Assembly (NCBI GenBank): GCA_951406725.2
Contig: OX597834.1
Coordinates: 16,368,001 to 16,432,000, forward strand
DNA length: 64,000 nucleotides
Source of the DNA: Octopus vulgaris
Lineage: Eukaryota
Direction: 5' to 3'
The notes beneath the pieces were generated by a model. That model was not told where the DNA came from and made no database searches. It saw only the letters and a program-made list of their open reading frames with translations. Shown piece after piece: positions 52,191 through 64,000 of this stretch. The first letter of the stretch is position 1. Every line of letters begins with the position of its first letter. The position numbers were made by a program, and so were the translations under genes.

Positions 52191-54432
52191 ACCATTTGAC
52201 AAGCAATGTTGGTGTGTTTATATCACAATAACTTAGCAGTTCAGTAAAAGAGACTGATAGAATAAGCACCAGGCTTTGAAAGGAAAAAAAAAAACTAAGT
52301 ACAGGGATTAATTTATTTGACAGAAAAATCAAGGTGGTACTCCAGCATGGCCACAGCCTAATGACATAAACAGGTAAAAGGTAAACTGTACATGCAGGTA
52401 AATACCTCAAGGGATTTTGAATATCGCTCTGCTGGTTCTCCCAATCCATTAATCTCATTTAGATAATTGCTATTCATTAACAGCCAAATAGCTAATTATG
52501 CAATTATGCATATTGCCTCATTTATCACCGATTCATTCATCACTGATTCAGAATGACACAGAGCATTCAATTGTGAACCCTGTTATGCTTATCATGGATT
52601 GATCAGTGATAACACAGATTGGCAATCAGTTGAAGTTTCTGCTTGTACTACAAGAACATACCCCAGCAACCACCCACAGCGTTCAGCTTTTCAAAATGCA
52701 TGGACTATGATAGGTGATAGGAGCACTCCGTCAGTTACGACGACAAGAGTCCCAGCTGATGCAATCAACGGAACAGCTTGCTCATGAAATTAACGTGAAA
52801 TATAGGCACTGGAGTGGCTGTGTGGTAAGTAGCTTGCTTACCAACCACATGGCTCCGGGTTCAGTCCCACTGTATGGCACCTTGGGCAAGTGTCTTCTAC
52901 TATAGCCTCGGGCTGACCAAAGCCTTGTGAGTGGATTTGGTATACGGAAACTAAAAGAAACCCATCGTACATATGTGTGTGTGTGTGTGTGTGTGTGTTT
53001 GTGTGTTTGTGTGTCTGTGTTTGTCCCCACCAACATCGCTTGACAACCGATGCAGGTGTGTTTACGTCCCCGTCACTTAGCGGTTCGGCAAGAGAGACCG
53101 ATAGAATAAGTACTAGGCTTACAAAGAAGAAGGAGGGGAGGGGAAGGGGGAAGAGGGGAGGGATGTAGAAGAGGGTGGGATAGGGGTGGGGAAAGGGGAG
53201 GGGAAGAGGAGGAGAGGGGGAAGAGATCAGTGGTTCATGTCAGTTTTGACCTTGTAGCACATGAAAACAAAAATAGAAAAAAAACTTAAATTCCACCCCC
53301 ACCCCCCATCCCCACCCCCACAAAAAAAAAAACTTACTGTAAAATTAATAAATTAAATCCGCTAAAAATACAACTTTTGTCAAGAAATAATCTGCGTTTT
53401 TTTTTTTAAAGCTCTGTTAAAATGATTTAAAATACTAATCAGGCATCTTGTCTATGTATTTAAATCAGTCACATTGAAATAATTAAATACATTATTATAT
53501 TATAATAATACTGCTTTCTTTTGTATCTGAGGTAATTTGATGAAAATTCTTAACTTCAAAGTTCAAAAGATGGAATGATTTGTTCAATATATATAGAATT
53601 AAATTCCAATAAATTTGGAAAGTTATATTTTAAAACAGTATGAAACTTTTTATCATTTATTTTTGTCTTTATTTTTGGGGGTTTTTTTTGTTTTGTTTTT
53701 TTGTTTTTTTTGGTGGGGGTGTATTTTGTTGGGGGTTTTTTTTTTTTCACTTTTTCCAGCCCTGTTCTGAATTGTCTTTCATTATTTGGTAACCGCAATA
53801 TTAATTATATTATGATTTTTTTTCTCGTTTTTTTTTTTTTTTTCTAATACAATAAATATAATGCAGTACGGAGAAGAAACGTGGAACTGTTGAAAATTGA
53901 TTAATTAAATAGTTTAAACGATTAGTGATCAACTAATTCAAAATAGAATTATTTAGAAATTTTCAAAAACACCTTGTACTTCTTCCAAGTACAACATCTA
54001 ATCTTGACTGTCAGGAAAATAATTCTTTTATTCTTTTACTTGTTTCACTAATTTGACTGCAGCCATGCTGGAGCACCACCTTAGGGGATTTTATTTTTAG
54101 TCAAAGAAATCAACCCCAGATTTATTCTTTGTCAGCCTAGTACTTATTCTATCAGTCCCTTTTTCTGAACTGCTAAGTTACAGGGCTGTAACACACCAAC
54201 ATCGATTGTCAAATCATGGTGGGGGTCACAGACACAAAGACATATAATGATAAACGTCACCCCTTTTCATGCCTAGCCAGGCTCATGGTTCCGGTTTCCC
54301 AGTTTCTGTGGCATATGTGTTCCCCCAGCTGGACAGGACGCCAGTCCATCACAGCGTTATTCAAGAAATAGGATGAGAGAGTGAGAGAAAGTTATGGCCC
54401 TAACCACTGGGCCATTGTGCCTCCACCACAAA

Positions 54433-54504
<72 letters not shown>

Positions 54505-54507
54505 GAT

Positions 54508-54847
54508 GGCGCATGGCTCAGTGGTTAGAGCGTCGAGCTTACGATCGTGAGGTTGTGAGCTCGAATCCCGGACCGGGCTGCGTGTTGTGTTCTCGAGCAA
54601 GGCACTTTATTTCACGTTGCTCCAGTTCACTCAGCTGTAGAAATGAGTTGCGACGTCACAGGTGCCAAGCTGTATCGACCTTTGTCTTTCCCTTGGATAA
54701 CACTGGTGGCGTGGAGAGGGGAGGCTGGTATGCATGGGCGACTGCTAGCCTTCCATAAACAACCTTGCCCGGACTTGTGTCTAGGAGGGTAACTTTCTAG
54801 GTGCAATCCCATGGTCATTCATGACCGAAGGGGGTCTTTACCTTTTT
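54508..54847 (+). mobile_element. tRNA-derived SINE family C, full length
   Basis: A box TGGCTCAGTGGTTAGAGC, B box-like GAGCTCGAATCCC, CORE-like gtgttctcgagcaaggcacttt. Partial copies at about 6192-6327, 46540-46690 and 63345-63585. Confidence 0.88.
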
Positions 54848-55810
54848 ATATATATATTACACACATGATGGGCTTCTTTCAGTTTCTTTCTACCAAATCC
54901 ATTCACAAGACTTTGGTCAGTCCAAAGCTATAGTAGAATACACTTGCCCAAGGTTCCAGGCATGCTTCTTACCACACAGCCATGCCTACACCTTATTAAA
55001 TATATATTTTATATATTTATATGAATATCTGAGAATAATATCAGGTAGTATGTAACTAAAATACTAACAAATTCTAATGGCTTAAAGCTGGAGAAATATA
55101 TATATATATGACAGGCTTCCGTCTACCAAATCCACTCACAAGGCTTCAGTCAACCCGAGACTACAGTAGAAGACACTTGCCCAAGGTGTCCCGCAGTGGA
55201 ACTGAACCCAGAACCATGTGAAAAAAAGGTTAAAATATTTTGTGCATTGTAGAAGTATAACCAATTTATTGCAGATGAATTTTAACAACGAAATCTTATG
55301 TGGACCCCTAAAAGTGATGTGGAACCCTAAATCTGGTGTGGATCCCAGTTGGGAACTACAGGTATAAGTGATGGTCAGTGTCATAAAAGCTGAGTATTCA
55401 TTTTCAATATACTGCAAAAAACATGTTTGGCCGTGAGGAAATAGTACCTTTGATAGGAAACAGGTGAGGGACAAGAAGAGCATCCCACAGAAAATCTGCC
55501 TCAATAAACTTCATGAAAAAGTGGGAGCTAAAATGAGAATGAAGTGTGTGCGTGTGTATATATATCACACATAAATATATACATACATACATATATATTT
55601 TCTCTTATATCTTTTACTTGTTTCAGTCATTTCACTGCAGCCATGCTGGAGCACCACCTTTAATCGAGCAACTCGACCCCGGGACTTATTCTTTTGTAAG
55701 CCCAGTACTTATTCTATCGGTCTCTTTTGCCGAACCGCTAAGTGACGGGGACGTAAACAGACCAGCATCGGTTGTCAAGCAATGCTAGGGAGACAAACAC
55801 AGACACACAA

Positions 55811-55844
<34 letters not shown>

Positions 55845-56787
55845 GCATATATACGACGGGTTTCTTTCAGTTTCCGTCTACCAAATCCACTCACAAGGCT
55901 TTGGTCGGCCCGAGGCTATAGTAGAAGACACTTGCCCAAGGTGCCACGTAGTGGGACTGAACCCGGAACCATGTGGTTGGTAAGCAAGCTACTTACCACA
56001 CAGCCACTCACATACACACAAAATATACCATTACTTTATTCTCTTCACACTTTTATTATTCTTTTCTCAACTGAAACATCCATCCTTCAGCAACACAATA
56101 AAATATAAAATTCTTTTTTTAAAAAAAACAAGTACAAAGAAATGGGGTGGCTTAGCGAAAAAAAAAATTTTTGAAACAGAATAAAATACCAAAAAAAAAA
56201 AACCCAAATAGAACTTAGAAAAAAACGGAAAAAAATATATATATTGGAAAAAGATACAGGGGAAACAAACCAGAAAAGGAGAAAAAGGAAATCAAAACCA
56301 GAAAAGAAAATATTAAAAACGCAACACAAATGGGAAAAAGTATGGAAAGAACAAACCAATGACTTGAAAAGGAATAAAAGTGGAAAAAAAAAAAAATTTG
56401 TAACAAAACGAAATGAAACAAAAAAAAATAAAGGTCTGCAAAATAGCAGAAATTGTCTATAAAGAGGCCAAAATATCTTCCAAGTGAAGAAATCAAGGAG
56501 AGCCAAGTTTATGCTCTGATGATGGGAATAACCAAGCTTTAGAATAATTCAAAGATATAAAAAATAAAAAAAAATAAATAAACTTCATAAGGAATGTGTT
56601 CAGTGAGGAGAGGTGGGCATTGGTATTTGGTGGGGATTGGTTGGATTTTGTTCTTTTTTAATTGTATTTATTTGATTTTTTTTTGATTTTTTGTTGTTCA
56701 TTTCTTTTTTTAAAACTATTTCTCTTTTTTTTTTTTTCGAATGATTATTAGTAACTTTCAGCTTATCTATATAAGTATGCGTATGCA

Positions 56788-56818
<31 letters not shown>

Positions 56819-57074
56819 ATGAGAATGTGTGTTATACAAGTGCATGTGTGTATACACACACTCTCACACAAGCACATTTATACACAAATATATACAAACA
56901 GATATATATACACATTACATATATGTACATATACATACATATTTACACATCCATATACACATTACATATATATATGTATGTATGTATGTATGTATATGCA
57001 TATATACAGAGAGAGACACACACATACACAAGTATAGATCTTTCTGCTCATCCACCTACCAATATACCTATCGG

Positions 57075-57138
<64 letters not shown>

Positions 57139-58125
57139 CAGCTACCTCACTATCTGTATTTCTGTCTTTCTATCTCACTCACTCCCTCTCAATTCATCTG
57201 TCAATCAATTTCTCCCTTTGGCAGAAAGCAGATGGGATGAATTTTGATGATTCTTATTTTCTCTTCTCTCTTCTTTTTCTTGATTATTTAACAAACCATC
57301 CTGCTCCCAATCTGAACCCCATCCCCACCCCCACTTTCCGTTATTTTTATGTTTCCGTTTTGCCTCCTCCCCGCTCACTTTTCCATCTCTCTTCCTTCTT
57401 CTTCTTTCAATATCCGCAGAAAACTCCCAAACTTGCACAAACCAAGAGGCGAGTCAGCAAAGATAAAGTTTGGAATGGCAGTCTTTCTTATCCAGTATCT
57501 CCACATCTGCCACTCCATTTCTATATCAGCCACCGCAACTAAAAGTGGTTCACCCTTGTGACCACCACCACTAAAACTATCACCACAAATACCAGAAACA
57601 CTGCATTATCATCACTATCACTGTTACACCCAACACTTTCGGAAAAGATTATACCAAGGTAAACCGTGAATTATATATATATATCATCATCATCATCATT
57701 TAATGTCTGTTTTCCATGCTAGCATGGATTGGACGGTTCGACCAGGGTCTGGGAGGCCAGGAGGCTGCACCAGGCTCCAGTCTGATCTGGCAGTGTTTCT
57801 ACAGCTGGATGCCCTTCCTAACGCCAACCACTCCTTGAGTGTAGTGGGTGCTTTTTATGTGCCACCGGCACAGGGGGCAGAGGAAACTGGCAAACGGCCA
57901 CGATCGGTTGGTGCTTTTATGTGTCACCAACACGGACGCCAGTCAGGCGGTGCTGGCATCTGCCATGTTCGGACGGTGCTTTTAACGTGTCACCGGCGCA
58001 GGCATCTTAACTACAATTCCATTTGATTTTCATTTTGATGTTGGTGTTAACGTACTTGACTGATTTGAAGCGATAATTTTTAAATACAAATAAATGACCA
58101 AAAAATGATGAGCTAACCCATGTCA

Positions 58126-58520
58126 GATATATTATCATGACATATTATTATACTGTTATTATACTAAGAGTCTTTCATACTAGCTTTCTCTCTGTAACTT
58201 AAAAAGCCTTTCTGGTTTGTTTATAAATATTATATGCAGTATTAGACAGTTTAAATATATATTCATTGAATTTGACTGAAATTGATGGATGAGCATTTGG
58301 TCCGATTGGATGCACAAGGAGCCATGTAAACATTGATTTGTGGGCTCAATTCTGGCTATAGTTAGCTCAACATTTTTTCAGTCATTTGTTTGTGTTTAAA
58401 AATTGTCACTTCAAATCGGAGAATATATATTATCATGAAAGATTATTATACTAAGGGTCTTCCATAGTAGCTTTCTCTCCATAACTTACAAAACCTCTCT
58501 GGTCTGTTTTCAAATATTAT

Positions 58521-58521
<1 letters not shown>
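58126..58521. repeat. Diverged direct repeat, about 100-bp units 300 bp apart
   Basis: atatattatcatga...tactaag.gtctt.cata.tagctttctctc..taactta.aaa at about 58126-58235 and 58425-58521. Confidence 0.75.
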
Positions 58522-58565
<44 letters not shown>

Positions 58566-59008
58566 ATCATCATCATTTATGTACACTTTTCCATGTTTGC
58601 ATTGACCAAACAGCAATTATTGAGGCAGATTTTCTATAGCCGGATGCCCTTCCTGTTGCCAATCCTCACCTGTTTCCAAGGAAATTAACATTTTCCCATC
58701 GCCAGACATTTTACACAGATGATTGTAAGTGAACATTCTCATTTATAATCATTACATAATATCAAGACATGACTGAAGCAAGCAAAAGAATAAAAACACA
58801 TCTACAAATATATAATCAAAATTACCAACAGGATATCAAGTAGTAATGCAGGTACGACTGTTGCTTATTTTGATTTTATTCACCTTACTTGAGTTGTACG
58901 GATAATACCAGACTGACTTAGTGCTTCAATCTAAGTGCCTAATTCAACTGAATCTCATTTATATATATACATAAACACACACACACACATATATATATCT
59001 GTAATATG

Positions 59009-59293
59009 TGGAGGTGCAATGGCCCAGTCGTTAGGGCAGCGGACTCGCGGTCGTAGGATCGTGGTTTCGATTCCCAGACCGGGCATTGTGAGTGTTTATT
59101 GAGCGAAAACACCTAAAAGCTCCACGAGGCTCCAGCAGGGGGTGGTGATCTATGCTGTACTCTTTCACCACTCTTTCTTCTGTTGGCCTGTTCACTTAGC
59201 CAGTGGGGTGGTGTCATTTGAAGGCTAAAACAATGCGAACGCATTGTGACCAGCGATGTGTAACTACATCTGATGGCCTGGTCGGTCACGTGA
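59009..59293 (+). mobile_element. tRNA-derived SINE family D
   Basis: tRNA-like head TGGCCCAGTCGTTAGGGC...GGTTTCGATTCCC. Flanked by atatctgtaatat on both sides (possible TSD). Reverse copy at about 29990-30233. Confidence 0.85.
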
Positions 59294-60271
59294 TATCTGT
59301 AATATAATATGTGACAATTATTCGGTTGCCATAATAAAACTCTGAGTTTCGAAGGTCAGTGCAGAAGTCTGCTCCAGCATCTCGTCAGTTATTAAGACAA
59401 TAAAAAAAATAGCATTTTTTGATTGTCTTAACCCTAACCCACCCCTTGATCCTTTTCCAATCCCTACAGTTGTCACCTACTCTTGCCTTCCTCCCCTACT
59501 TCTTAACCACTCAACACTAGTTCACTGTTCATTGTATTCACACACACACACTCCTCCCCCACTCATTCTCCATCTCTCATTCTCTCTTGCAACCTGTATC
59601 CACACCTTCAGCACTTCTACGCCCCATTCACTTCCACTTTCATTCATACTGATACCTGGAGAGGGGGTGGTGGTTCCAGAGACATCCCATCATCACTTTT
59701 TCCCTCCCTTCTCTGTTCCACCCAATCACAGCCACCCCCTCTTTTAAAATGAGAGTAGCCATTACAGCACCTCTACAGCAAGAAACCTGTTCTACTCAGG
59801 CTCATTCATTCTCTCATATATTAACCTCTTCCTCTCCAAGCATAAAACCATGTCTCTTGGTGTTCTGTAACATTGCAAAGCTGCAGGGCGACCCCACTCA
59901 TGCTGGTGCCATGTAAAAGTCACTCATAAAAACACTGTAAAGTGATTGGTATTAGGGAGGGCATCCAGCTGTAGAAGCCATGCCATAGAAGACAGCAGAG
60001 CACAATGCAGTCCCTGGACCAAACCCATACCAGTATTGGACATGGCCGTTAAACAATGATGATCGTAGCAGTGATGGTGGTGATGATATGCATACAGATA
60101 TATATACATATATATATAGAGAGAGAGAGACACACACACAAATATATATACACATGCATGCACATCAAAACATATATGGTGTATGCGAACGAATATATAA
60201 TATTTATAATGCAACATGATTAATATTATTTTGTGAATAAACATGAACACACAGATCATTTTTTTTATGTA

Positions 60272-60315
<44 letters not shown>

Positions 60316-60608
60316 CATCATCATCGTCATTATTTTTATTATGAGCTGCTAGTGTCAGGTTGTTCCACCCACCCCACCCCCTGCCCTCAGTTTCGTGTTT
60401 TCATTTCTTTAGAAAACAAAAGGAAAAAAAAATAACACTAATGCAAGATCAAAAAAAAAATAATAATAATAATAATAATAATATTAATAATCAATACATT
60501 ATGAAAGCAGGGTGTAGGAAGCTGGGTATGTTATGAAGAATAAAAGGAAAAAAAATGAAGTAAAAGAACTGTAACCAACAAAAAAATTATGTGATGTGAG
60601 TTTGTGTC

Positions 60609-60654
<46 letters not shown>

Positions 60655-61064
60655 ATAAAATGTTATCAAGTATTCCAAGATCATATATGATATGTGTATG
60701 CATATATTCATTTATATATGCAATACACACACATATATATATATGCACAAATATCTTGTCTATGAATGTTTTATTTAAATTTTTTTGGAGGGGGCAACAT
60801 TAAAAACCCCACCTATACTTCACACATACACACACACACACACACACACTCATATACATACATATATACACAAACAAGCACACATACATACATACATACA
60901 TACATACATATGAAAATGTTCATGTTATAAATGGAAACTTTGATGAAATTTACAGACTGGAAAAAAAGTGAAAATCTTGGTTTAACATCATAAAAACAAA
61001 ACAAAACAAAACAAAAAAAAAACAAAGAATAAAAAGGGGGGAAGATGTGAGACAAAAGAGAATA

Positions 61065-61128
61065 TAACAACAACAGCAACAACAATAATAATGATAATAA
61101 CAATAATGATAATAATAATAATAATAAC

Positions 61129-61163
<35 letters not shown>

Positions 61164-61209
61164 TAATAATAATAATAATAATAACAACAACAACAACAAT
61201 AATAATAAC

Positions 61210-61258
<49 letters not shown>
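61065..61258. repeat. (AAT)n/(AAC)n microsatellite
   Basis: Directly visible. Confidence 0.95.
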
Positions 61259-64000
61259 GTGAAAATGCTGCTGCTGCTGCTATGTGGAGTCGATATAGAT
61301 AAAACAAGTCCATCTTTATCAGCATTAGCCAGAATATTCTAGAAAAACCAAAAAAATAAAAATTATAAAAAATAAATAGCTTGGAAAAAAATCTGCAAAG
61401 CTCAACTGTTTGAAAATTGTAAGCTAAGACACGGCTGTAAATCAGACCTTTCAAGAATGGAAATTTCTCTTTTAAGTTATCTTCAGACTCCGAGAGACAG
61501 AGCCAATTTAGATTGCCTTTCACACTAACCCACCAACACCAGCAACACCGGGCCACCTCGGTTATCAAATGTCACATAATCTCCCGGATATAGCTGCCAA
61601 TTTTCTTTCATATCATGCCCTGCCATCTTAACCCCTTTTGTTACCATATTTCTGCTGAAATACACCCTTTGTCACCGTTATCGTCATCGTCATAGTTTTA
61701 ATGTCCATTTTGTTATGCTTGCATGGGTTGGTCAGAGCTTATTGTTGCAAATTTTTTTCTCTATAACCCAAAAACCCATGCTGTGGCCAACCCTCACCTG
61801 TTTCCAAGTAAAAAATAATATTTCCCCCATGGCTAGACATGTTTTTCACAGAATACTGGAAATGAATGACACTGCTTGTATGACAGTGACGCTCGTTTAC
61901 GACTCTCATGTGATGTTGAGACAAGAAGATATAAACATACACACACATATTCTTTTACTCTTTTATTTGTTTCAGACATTTGACTGTGGCCATGCTGGTG
62001 CACCGCTTTTAGTCAAACAAATCAACTCCAGGACTTATTCTTTGTAAGCCTTAATACTTATTCTATCGGAGTCTTTTGCCGAACCGCTAAGTTACAGGGA
62101 CATAAATACACCGGCATCAGTTGTGGGGGGGGGGACAAACAGGGACACAAATACATACACACACACACACACACACATATGACAGGCTTCTTTCAGTTTC
62201 TATCTACCAAATCCACTCACAAGACTTTGGTCGGTCCGAGGCTATAGTAGAAGATTGTCTTAACCCTAACCAAGCCCAAGGTGCCATGCAGGGGAACTGA
62301 ACCCGGAACCAGGTGGTTGGTAAACAAGCTACTTACCACACAGCCACTCCTGCACCTATTCTTCTATTTTTTATTACTTGTTTCAGTCATTTGACTGCAG
62401 CCATACTGGAGCACCAACTTGAAGGCTTTTTTAGTCGAACAAATCAACCCCCAGGACTTTTCTTTCTAAAGCCTAATACCTATTCTGTCAGTCTTTTTCA
62501 CTGAACTGCTAAGTTACAGGGACGTAAACACACCAACACTGGTTGTCAAGCAGTGATGTGGGGGGGGGGTACAAACAGACACAAAGACATGCACACAGAT
62601 AGGCTTCTTTCAGTTTCCGCCTACCAAACCCACTCACAAGGCTTTGAGATGACAAAGGAGTAAATGAACAAACGATTATTTTATGAGCTCCATTAGCTTA
62701 CAACTGTTTCGGTTGTAAAACGCAATGGACTCATAATTCAGAGCTTGGGTAACACCTTATAGCTTTACGTTCTAAGTTCAACTGCCACTCGGGTCCACTT
62801 TGGCTTTCATCTTTTTGGGATCGATAAAATAAGTACCTGTCGATAACTAGGGTCAATGTAATCAAATAGACTCCTGCACCCAAATTTCAGGACTTGTGCC
62901 TATAGCAGAAACACTTTTACGAGGACCTGAAAACAACAACAAAGACTTTTTCACCACTACAATAAACCACCAACTGCACAAGCCAACAAGGGAGCCTGTA
63001 TGTGACAGCTAGAAATTGCAGCCAAATCCTCTTCAAATTAACCTTCTTTCTTAACCCTTTTGATACCAACCCATGTAAGACCACTCGCTCTTGGTTCTAT
63101 GATACAAACTCATTGTCTTGAAGTGATTTAAACTAAAACCTTCCATTGAAATTTCAGGTTCGTTCATGTTCTAAACATCATCTTAATAATTTTTTCTGCT
63201 AAAGGTACAAGGCCTAAAATTTTGGAGGCAGGGCCTAGTCAATTGCATTAACTCCAGTGTTTATTGACCTCGAAAGGATGAAAGGCTAAGTCGACCTCGG
63301 TGGAATTTGAACTCGGAACGTAAAACAGAAGAATTTGCACTTAGAAAGACACTCTCCAAGGCACAAGTCCAGCAGTCACCCTCTCCAAGACCAGCAGTCA
63401 CCCATGCATACCAGCCTCCTCCCTGCATGCCACTGATTTTGTCCAAGAGAAAAGTGAGTGAACTGGAGCAATGTGAAATAAAGTGTCTTGCTCATATAAA
63501 CACAACACACAACCTGGTCCCAGAATTGAGCTCACTACCTCATGACCGTGAACCTGACACACTAACCACTGAGCCATGCGCCTTCACAAGGGGAACGTAT
63601 TTCTGTTGAAATGCGATATCAAAAGGGAGTGGCTGTGTAGTAAGAAGCTAGCTTACCAACCACATGATTCTGGGTTCAGTCCCACTGTGTGGCACCTTGG
63701 GCAAGTGTCTTCTACTATAGCCTCGGGCTGACCAAAGCTTTGTGAGTGGATTTGGTAGACAGAAACTGAAAGAAGCCCGTTGTATGTGTGTGTGTATGTG
63801 TGTGTGTCTGTGTTTGTCCCCCACCTACCGTCACTTGACAACCGATGCTGGTGTGTTTACATTCCCACAGGTTAGCAGTTCAGCAAAGGAGACCGACAAA
63901 ATACGTACTAGGCTTACAAAGAATAAGTCCTGGGGGGGGGGGGGGGTCGATTCGATCGACTAAAGGCGGTGCTCCAGCACGGCCACAGTCAAATGACTGA

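Noticed and set aside
54508-54585. tRNA gene candidates (also 59009-59085 and SINE A heads)
   Set aside because: A and B boxes continue into multicopy SINE bodies, with no complete acceptor stem or terminator.
60813-61568. 251-aa minus-strand ORF as a candidate upstream TAK1 exon
   Set aside because: No GxGxxG or VAIK motif; mostly poly-Leu from (TTA)n.

Overview
AT-rich, repeat-dense animal genomic DNA, most likely an octopus (inferred from the tRNA-derived SINE families, RTE LINE remnants with (GAT)n tails and extreme microsatellite load). The whole window appears to lie inside one minus-strand gene, MAP3K7/TAK1. Three kinase-domain exons splice in frame through GT-AG junctions: 29593-29548 (46 nt), 10594-10456 (139 nt) and 3007-2883 (125 nt). 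They encode VCLVMEYAEGGSLYN-VLHG...HRDLKPPN-LLL...DFG...APEVFEG. The introns between them are about 19.0 kb and 7.4 kb. I found no upstream exon in the remaining 34 kb or more, and no downstream exon in 1-2882. The rest is intronic: at least four SINE families, RTE fragments, two non-autonomous Helitrons, mariner- and piggyBac-like MITEs, Penelope-like remnants, and mini/microsatellites. Nearly all listed ORFs are repeat artefacts. The best leads are RNA-structure and splicing ones: a TSD-flanked 214-bp insert with an HDV-ribozyme-like fold, several minimal hammerhead cores, a perfect 70-bp hairpin, a ready-made cryptic poison exon in antisense SINE copies, and a recursive-splice-like AG|GTATGT at the 46-nt exon. 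All are hypotheses from reading by eye; I see no firm evidence of a novel protein-coding system. Repeat boundaries are approximate and SINE family letters are my own labels.
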